Below, piece by piece: positions 55,842 to 64,000 of a stretch of 64,000 bases of DNA. Position 1 is the stretch's first letter; each line of letters begins with the position of its first letter. Under the pieces are notes generated by a model that ran no database searches, was not told the DNA's origin, and saw nothing but the letters and a program-made list of their open reading frames with translations. The position numbers and the translations under genes were made by a program. The stretch spans positions 62,682,001 through 62,746,000 of the forward strand of contig OZ024743.1 in assembly GCA_964016885.1 (NCBI GenBank), in the 5' to 3' direction. Source of the DNA: Eledone cirrhosa (lineage: Eukaryota).

Positions 55842-55965
55842 ACTATCTGTAAACCAACTTTTGTATTTTATCTGATGAGGGCGTACCAAAATTTTGGTAC
55901 CCTTGAAATATATATAATAAAATAAATATGGTTTTATAAAGATAGCTTCCATTTATTAATATTAT
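55840..55965 (+). mobile_element. PLE family-A fragment with HHR (55864-55924) in (TA)n
   Basis: TATTTTAT CTGATGA GGGCGTACCAAAATTTTGGTACCCTT GAAA TATATA TA ATAAAATA. Confidence 0.82.
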
Positions 55966-56480
55966 TGATATATATATATAGTCTTTCTTGCCATTATCTT
56001 GTTTTTATTTTGTTCTTTTTGACCTTCAGTATTTTACCTCCACTCTCTTCATATCACTGCCCTTGTTTGTTTAGATATTTATACAAGCACATGTTTACAT
56101 TTGTGTATGTATGCATACACCTGTGTGTTTATGTCACAATGGCTGTGTGGTTCGGACACTCTCCATCCAACCACATTCTCATATTACCAACTCTGTGTGT
56201 ACAAACCATCCATTATACCTATAAACATCTAGACATGTTCAAAGTAGAATCATGTTTTGCTATAATGTGAAGAATTCATATTACAAGTGTAACTCTTCAG
56301 TGGATGCCCTGTAAATAGGAACTTCACATCTAGAGAGATAATAGATAACTAAAACCAACACACATGGTTGAAAGAGGAGAGACATGCATGTTGGTCAGCA
56401 CAAAGTGGAATGAACAGACCATGAGGCCGCTAAAAATAGCAGCCCAGAACCATTCAACTTGAAAAAGCTCTACTAACATG

Positions 56481-58236
56481 TCTCTCTATATAAAATTCTT
56501 TGTCTCTCTGTCTGTTTCCTTGTACATTCTCAAATGACTTGACCAAATCAAATCAAATTTTACAAGGTAATAAATATTATTAGTCCTCGGAATTAACAAT
56601 GTGTAATTTTTATTTTCACTAGCAGAAAAACCACCCTTCGGGTGGTTTTCTGCTAGCATGTGTGGTGTGTATATTGATATTATACGCAAGTATATATACA
56701 TGTAGATATGATACATCAAATAAAATCGTAATTGACAATATACACAGAAATTGAACGAAGACTGTGTTACACTCTCTTATGTAATCAGTAACGTAATCCA
56801 TGATACATTAAAAAAGACGATATTATATATAAACTGCATTAGGAGAAAATTAGTGACAGAAAATTAGTATGTTTATTTAGGCGATCGCCAACCGGAAGTG
56901 TTGACATTCAGAAATTTTAAAGAAGTGAATCTTTAAATAAACAAAATATATTTAATCAACAGCCACGAAATTTAGTAGATAAATTATGTAATATTCATTC
57001 ATTATTTATTCAAAGTAATCCAACTTATTTTACTAATGGGATAAAAAATTATAAACCATACGCAGTCCCGCGCTCCTCCCTTTATTATAGTTTAGATTTG
57101 GATTAAAACAATATAACATTTTATCTAAAATAATTTTTCGATAGTCAACTATACTACAACAGCGACAACGTCACATTTTGTATATGAGTGTGGATGTGTT
57201 TGTGAGTGTGTGTGTGTTTACGCGTTCATTCGTTACATATGTTAGGCCTTAGTAAGTTAGATATACATCTTCAGGTAAATATTTAATCAGATATGTGTTT
57301 AAATATACACACATCTTCACATGTGATGACTGACATATATATGTATATGTGTGTGAGTGCATGTGAGCGTGTATGTGTATGTGAATATATATATACATTT
57401 CTGTGATGACTGACAAACGCTGCGGGTGGGTGGTGGTGTGAAACTGTGTTTGTATGAATGTATGTCTGTGTGTGATTTCTATAAGTTTGCGTGAATGTAC
57501 GTGTGACTGTTCTTCATGGGTAAAACTCTGTTTGTGTTTGTATGAATGTATGTCTGTGTGTGTGTTTTTATAAGTTTGTGTGAATGTATGTGTGTCTGTT
57601 CGTGGGTGAAACTGTGTGTGTTTGTATGAATCTATGTCTGTGTGTGTTTTTTATAAGTGTATGTTTGTGTGAGTGTATGTGTGTCTGTTTGTTAAATTAG
57701 CAGTTAATACATTTACTTATATTTGGTTAATTTACACTGCATACAAAAATAATAATTAATATATATTTCTTTTGGATGTTGATACTTATTTGTTTACAAT
57801 ATTGAAAAATGTCTTTATTCTAAAAATTCCTCTCATACCTGCAGCTGTTCCATTTGAATTTAAGAGGCTTCAGTTTCCAGTCAAACTAAGTTTTGTAATT
57901 TCAATTAACAAATCTCAGGGTCAATCTCTCAAGGTAGTTTGACTACATACTTCTCCCATGATCAATTCTATGCTAGTTGCTCACGAGTTGGAAGCAGCAA
58001 CAATTTATTCATTTGGACACCAACAAAAAATTACACAATGAATATTGTTTACCCTGAGGTGCTTCAAGATTGACAGATTTTCATTTCTAAATTTTTTCAT
58101 CATTACAATTTTGATATTTTTTTAATATAGATATTTTGAAATAAGTATGAGCAAAAAAAATATATCTACATATTTATTGTTTACTAATCTGAATAAGAAC
58201 AGCAGTAACACGGGCAACGCCAGGTCATTCAGCTAG
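56481..58236 (+). mobile_element. Non-autonomous Helitron with PIF1 remnant and internal ~80-bp tandem repeat (57430-57690)
   Basis: TC start; PFEFKRLQFPVKLSFVISINKSQGQSLKVV at ~57850-57940; CGGGCAACGCCAGG hairpin and CTAG|T. Confidence 0.8.
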
Positions 58237-58880
58237 TATATTAATAAACTAAGAGACAAATATATCCAATTAAAATGTTGAGTTAAAAACTCTCAAAATT
58301 GTAGGGGATTATTGAGAGTTTTTAACTCAACATTTTATGATATATATATATATATTTTAGTTGATTCTATTGACTGATGAATAGCTTATGTTAATTTTAA
58401 CCCTTCTGTTGAGAACTCTATTCGATCTCTGATGTTTTTGCATTCTTGCAAAAATATACACAACTGAATTTATTCGCCTGATATAGGGGCTGCCTCTCTT
58501 GCCGATCCCCACGTGGAGTCAGCAATAGTCAGTCCCTGTATTAACATTGAACTAAAACCTGTTGAGAAAGTGGCTTCCTTGTTCAATCATCTTACCAGAA
58601 GCCTAACATTATTTAAGTAAGCGGACGGTGATTTAGGAGCCGCAGAAACCCAAATAGTGGATTTTACCAACCTTCCAGGGGTCCGGGTAAATTTTCAATA
58701 CCCGAATTACTTTATAGTTTTTTTGGCTATGCGAATGATTGTTTAACCATCGCCTCAGTGTGTTTGGCCTTTAACGTTTGTTATAGCTCTGGTTCATCTG
58801 AATCATTGAGCACTTGCCTCACATCTCGGAGGTTGTTTTTCGTTATTTCGTGGGCCGAAATGCGAATCTCGATAATTTAT

Positions 58881-58913
<33 letters not shown>

Positions 58914-58918
<5 letters not shown>

Positions 58919-59067
58919 TTAATATAGATGAGATTCGACAGGATTAGAACTGTTTCATTCTTTAGAAATCATCAGGAATCTGGGTATCAAAAAATAAATA
59001 CTTTGAGTGCTCTGCAACCTTTTATACAGCTGTCATTCTTCATATGTATCACATGTCCATACCAATG

Positions 59068-59103
<36 letters not shown>

Positions 59104-59735
59104 GTTATTCCGGGCTGAATCGAAGGTAACCACAGTAAGTAAGGTACTCAATACATAGCAGAGTATAAAAGTTTTAATATAGATGAGATTCTACAGGACT
59201 AGAACTGTTTCATTCTTTAAAAATCATCAGGAATCTGGGTATCAAAAAATAAATATGGTATTTATAGGTCTCTTCAGGTGGTAGGAGAGGGTGGGATGGG
59301 TAGAGGTCATTGGTTGATAGAAAAGGAAATTCATTAAAAGCTAATTCTTTAAAGCTATAATTTATATTTAGAGTAACAAAGGCAGAAAGAGAAACTTAAA
59401 AATAAGGAGTGGCACCCCACTCTGAACTTGTTTATAGAATCCTTTCTGCCTTTGCCTTTCACCCTCTCCTACCACCTGAAGAGACCTATAAATACCATAT
59501 TTATTTTTTGATACCCAGATTCCTGATGATTTCTAAAGAATGAAACAGTTCTAGTCCTGTAGAATCTCATCTATATTAAAACTTTTATACTCTGCTATGT
59601 ATTGAGTACCTTACTTACTGTGGTTACCTCCGATTCAGCCCGGAATAACGTATATATATATATATAGCATTGGTATGGACATGTGATACATATGAAGAAT
59701 GACAGCTGTATAAAAGGTTGCAGAGCACTCAAAGT
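58914..59735. mobile_element. Complex PLE family-B insertion with three HHRs (58931-58981 -, 59186-59236 -, 59517-59567 +) and a ~280-bp inverted repeat
   Basis: AGATTC CTGATGA TTTC TAAA GAAT GAAA CAG TTCTAGTC CTG TA GAATCT; arms 59000-59293 / 59460-59735. Confidence 0.82.
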
Positions 59736-60989
59736 TGATGGAAGTAGGGAGACCCAGGAAGACCTGGGACGAAGTGATAAAAGCTGACCTTGCCAAAATG
59801 TGCCTCTCAAAGGCAACGACACAGGACCAAGATCTCTGGTGTTACGCATTAATACAGAAGACCCAAATTCCCACACATACAGATTGTAGCTGAAGCATAC
59901 CATATTTCCCGGTGCCAAAGACACTTCGCCCTCGAGGATGCACCCTAATTTTGACAACCAAAATTTAAAAAAAAATATAATAAACAACCTTCAGCCTCCA
60001 GGATGCATGGTAGATTTTTGAGACTTAATTTAGAAAAAAAAATAGCGTCTTCGATGCTGGGAAATACAGTATGTGTAGCATGCACCATCCTGTCCCTCCC
60101 CACCCACTCCCATGAGGATAAGCTGAAGTATACATCCAGCAAAGCCTCCAGCCTACACTGTAAAGTGGTCCTGATGGCCACATGACAAAAAGCGCCCAGC
60201 CCACACTGTAAAGTGGTCATGTAGATGTCACAACAAAAAGCACCCAGCACACACTGTAAATGTGGTTGGCATTAGGAAGTGCATCCAGCCATAGAAACCA
60301 AGCCAAAATAAGCCCTGTGTGAGCGAAACACACTCCTCCAACCAGATCTCTTACAAAGGGACAGCCCGCCCTGCCAATGCTAGCGTGGAAAATGGACGTT
60401 AAATGATGATGATGATATATATCCTTGCAGATCAGCCAAAACTTCATTGAGATTTTACTAATTGATTGATTGAAGAATGTATGTATGTGATTGTGTGTGT
60501 ATGTATGTATATATATATACAACCTCTGTATATATGTATATATACATGGCTTAGTGGTTAGAGCATTGGTCTTGCAATCGAAAGGTTGTGAGTTCAATTC
60601 TCAGACCGGGTTACAGTCAGTAGGCATCTCTAACAAAACACACCCCCGTCCCACCACCCCCACCCCACCCACACCGCCCCTTTCAATGTAAAGTTATGTT
60701 GGTGCCACAACATCCAGGCCGAAACAAATGAGATCGTGTAGGTGTCACGACAAAAAAAAACACACAGTCCACGCTGTAATGTGGCCGTGTAGGCAACACG
60801 GTAAAAACCTCCCAGTCTCACACTGTAAATGTGGTTGGTGTTAGGAAGGGCATCCAGCTGTAGAAAACCCGCCAGACAGTCCTATGCGAGCAAGACAACC
60901 ACTCTTGCCTCAAGTGGGAAAACTCCCGTCCAAACCCATGCAAGCGTGGAACATGGACGTTAAACGATGATGATGATGATGATATATAT

Positions 60990-61427
60990 ATACATTGATA
61001 TTAAATAAATGGAAACTATATTTATAAAACCATATTTATTCTATTATATATATTTCAGAGTACCAAAATTTTGGTACGCTATCATCAGATAAAATACAGA
61101 ATGCTTTATAAATATTTGACATAACCAAGGATAATATACCTTAACAGTTCAAGTTATCCCTGGAAAGTTCAAGTTAACGGTTCAAGTTATCCCTTGGTTA
61201 TGTCAAATATTTATAAAGCATTCTGTATTTTATCTGATGATAGCGTACCAAAATTTTGGTACCCTTGAAATATATATAATAGAATAAATATGGTTTTATA
61301 AATATAGTTTCCATTTATTTAATATCAATGTATATTATACTCCAAAAATCTGTTGAGTGCTCTAAATCAGTTATAAACATTTATATTTGTTGAATTACCA
61401 ACAAATTTAATATCCCTTCTGCTTATT
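60990..61427. mobile_element. PLE family-A fold-back insertion with two inverted HHRs (61037-61096 -, 61226-61286 +)
   Basis: Arms ~60988-61130 / 61192-61335; spacer has three GTTCAAGTTA repeats. Confidence 0.82.
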
Positions 61428-61447
61428 TATATATATATATACATATT

Positions 61448-61478
<31 letters not shown>

Positions 61479-61499
61479 CTGTATGTGTGTGTATATATA

Positions 61500-63990
61500 T
61501 AAGGATCATAAGGTAGACTTCATTAGTAATCCCTCTGTTAGACTCATCTGTCCTTCTAAGTCTGATATAGCCATAGTTAGTAAGAAAATCCTTGACCTTA
61601 TTATACCAGATGTTAGGGAGAAGGTTAATTTTAACCTATGGGGGAACACTAAGGAGGTTATAGATTGGTTCTCTGGTATTGATAAACTTGAATCTAGTAG
61701 GTTTATCCAGTTCGATATTGATGCCTATTACACATCGATTTCACCCATCCTCCTTAACAAAGCCTTAATGTTGGCCATGAGAGTGTCCAGCCTTACACGA
61801 TCACAGGTAGATATTATACTAGCAGCCCGTAGAACTATCATTAATTTTGAGGATACATTTTGGACCCGTAAAAACACGCCCAGCAATTTCGACGTTACAA
61901 TGGGTTCGAATGATTCGGCCCAGGTAACTGATCTTGTTGGGCTGTTCCTCCTATATGAACTATATGTTACCTTTCCGCACCTTAAAGGCGGACTTTATCG
62001 TGACGATGCATTGTTTGTGATTAACTCTAGCACCAACAACGTCGAGCATAATAAGAAGAAGCTTTATAAGTTTTTTAAAAGCTATAACCTTTCGATCACG
62101 ATAGATAGAAATGATAGAGCGGTCAACTTTTTAGATGTGACTTTGGACTTGGTCACTAATAGTTTTAAACCCTTCCATAAGCCTAATGAAATACTTTCTT
62201 ATGTTAGTCCCAATTCTAACCACCCCAAATCTATGATAAGCTCTATAATTAATGGTGTATCTAATAGGATTTCCACACTCTCTAAGGACGTAGGAACATT
62301 TAATGCACATTCAGAGTACTATAATAATGCCCTAGCTAATTCCGGTTACTCTGGTAAAATACATTATAATAATAGTAACCTTAGAAAGTCTCCGCTTACT
62401 TATAATAATAATAACATAATATCCCATAATATGGCCATGAATGGGAGTAGAAAGCATAAGAATCGTAGAAATCACATAGGTGTATCTGAACCCATCCATA
62501 AGTTAAGCCACCAGACTCGTAATAGTGAATCTAATACTTCAAGGAATCAAGTCGAGCCCTCTGAGCGCTCACTCAGTGGTAATGATTTTGCTAAATCTAA
62601 TTCTAATAGTGTTGTTTCTACTGATCCTATTATTAGCCCTAATCCTTTTAATATGTTTCCAGATAGCAGCAGATATACTAATGGTAGTAACAGAAAGAGA
62701 CTTGGAGATTTTGGAGATTTTGATTACTTAAACCATAGCTAATTTTGTATTGACTTATTATGTATTTTAAATACTTTCAATATTAATTAATTTAATAGGG
62801 TTTTCTAGTCATTTATCTGGGTTTGTTTCCTAATTTTTTTACTTAACTGCATGTGACACCTAAGTAAATACTTTTGTTTTTGTTTTTCGATTTCCGGTTG
62901 ATTTTATTTATATATTTATACGACCGTGCGTAGTTTTATATCTGGTTCTTATTCACTTATTCACAAATGTCTGTCCACCAACCACGTAATTATGTATATT
63001 ATACTATGTTCAATATTTATATTGAAATTTTTATATCATTCCACTCTTTGTAAACGTACTACTGATCTTTATTATTTACCAATTATTAAATGTACCATTA
63101 TGTTATGTTAAATTTTGTAAATTCTGTAATATGTTTATATTTTTATAATTTTTGTAATGTTTGGATAATATTTATTTACACCAATTGTAGAGAAATGTGA
63201 CCTCCATCTGTTTTCTTGCAATGGTTTTGATATTTTTCCAACATAATTTAGCTCTGTACAATATTTTTTCTCACCCGGTCTGTAACTCTATATGATTTGT
63301 TAAGTTATATGCCATTATATTATAATATTGTTATTATAGTGTTATTGTAACATTTATATTGTTTGTGCAAATTAACCGGAGATTATCTATTATATAATTA
63401 TATAGTTTATTATATATTATATGTTTACTTTTAATCATTTCTTCTTCATTTTATACTGTAAATAATATATGTATTATATTTTTATTTTTATTCTTATTAT
63501 TCTTATTTAAACTCTTAATAAGGGTTAGTTTGTGCTTGTATTGATGGAAATGTGTATTGATATATATGTATATATGTGTACATATGTATATATATATATA
63601 TATATATGTATATTGGGCCTTTTAATATTATTATTATTATTATCATTATCAATTATATTATATTATATTATATTATATTATATATAGTACAATAATTCCC
63701 GCTTTATATCACCACTTGTGGTTAGCTTTAGTTTTTGCATTGGACTATATTTGTAATATGGTTCAAAATGATATTCAATTCCTTAGCAATTTTTACTTGA
63801 TAATTTTTACCCGATAATTTTCCTATGCTTTAATGTATGTACACTCCATATTCTTCTGAGTTTTGGGCTTGTATTGGCCGATAGTGCTTCTTATAGCTTT
63901 AATATCCCTGATGAGTCCTTAATAGGACGAAACATTGTTGGCTAATAAAGACTTTTGATGTATTGAAGGCTTCTTTGTTTTATTTTCATA
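61500..63990 (+). mobile_element. 5'-truncated Penelope-like element: open RT ORF, decayed endonuclease region, terminal HHR
   Basis: KDHK..PSVRLICPSKSD, FIQFDIDAYYTSI, FDVTMGSNDSAQV, GGLYRDDAL; stop 62742; HHR 63903-63944 followed by AATAAA and (TA)n. Confidence 0.88.
63903..63944 (+). ncRNA. Minimal hammerhead ribozyme
   Basis: TATCC CTGATGA GTCCT TAAT AGGAC GAAA CATTG TT GGCTA; canonical G-C-closed stem II; stem I has one mismatch. Confidence 0.75.
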
Positions 63991-64000
63991 ATATATATAT

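Noticed and set aside
60130-60265. ~51-bp repeats (ACACTGTAAAGTGG), and ~80-bp repeats at 57430-57690, as a CRISPR-like array
   Set aside because: Degenerate tandem repeats without unique spacers, within SINE/Helitron sequence in a eukaryotic context; no cas genes.

Overview
AT-rich, microsatellite-dense animal genomic DNA. The SINE and repeat landscape suggests a cephalopod (octopus-like); this is an inference. Host genes: two convergent LicD/fukutin-family phosphotransferase genes with intronless CDSs (32454-33284 +, 50995-51807 -). Almost everything else is transposon-derived: Penelope-like elements (PLEs; one unit-length RT+GIY-YIG copy, one classic inverted-pLTR copy, fragments), RTE and CRE LINEs, two Helitrons, a DD37D Tc1/mariner, hAT/piggyBac/mariner MITEs, tRNA-SINEs and a ~2 kb non-autonomous LTR element with PBS, PPT and TSD. 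The most striking pattern, read by eye: about 20 hammerhead-ribozyme (HHR) motifs from about 10 unrelated families, nearly all in or beside (TA)n tracts. Many lie in asymmetric fold-back (snap-back) insertions whose short arm ends at a TAT microhomology. In one family the fold-back axis is the ribozyme's own stem II. Several HHRs have unusually large stem-II insertions or a U-U closing pair. All structures were folded manually and no searches were run.
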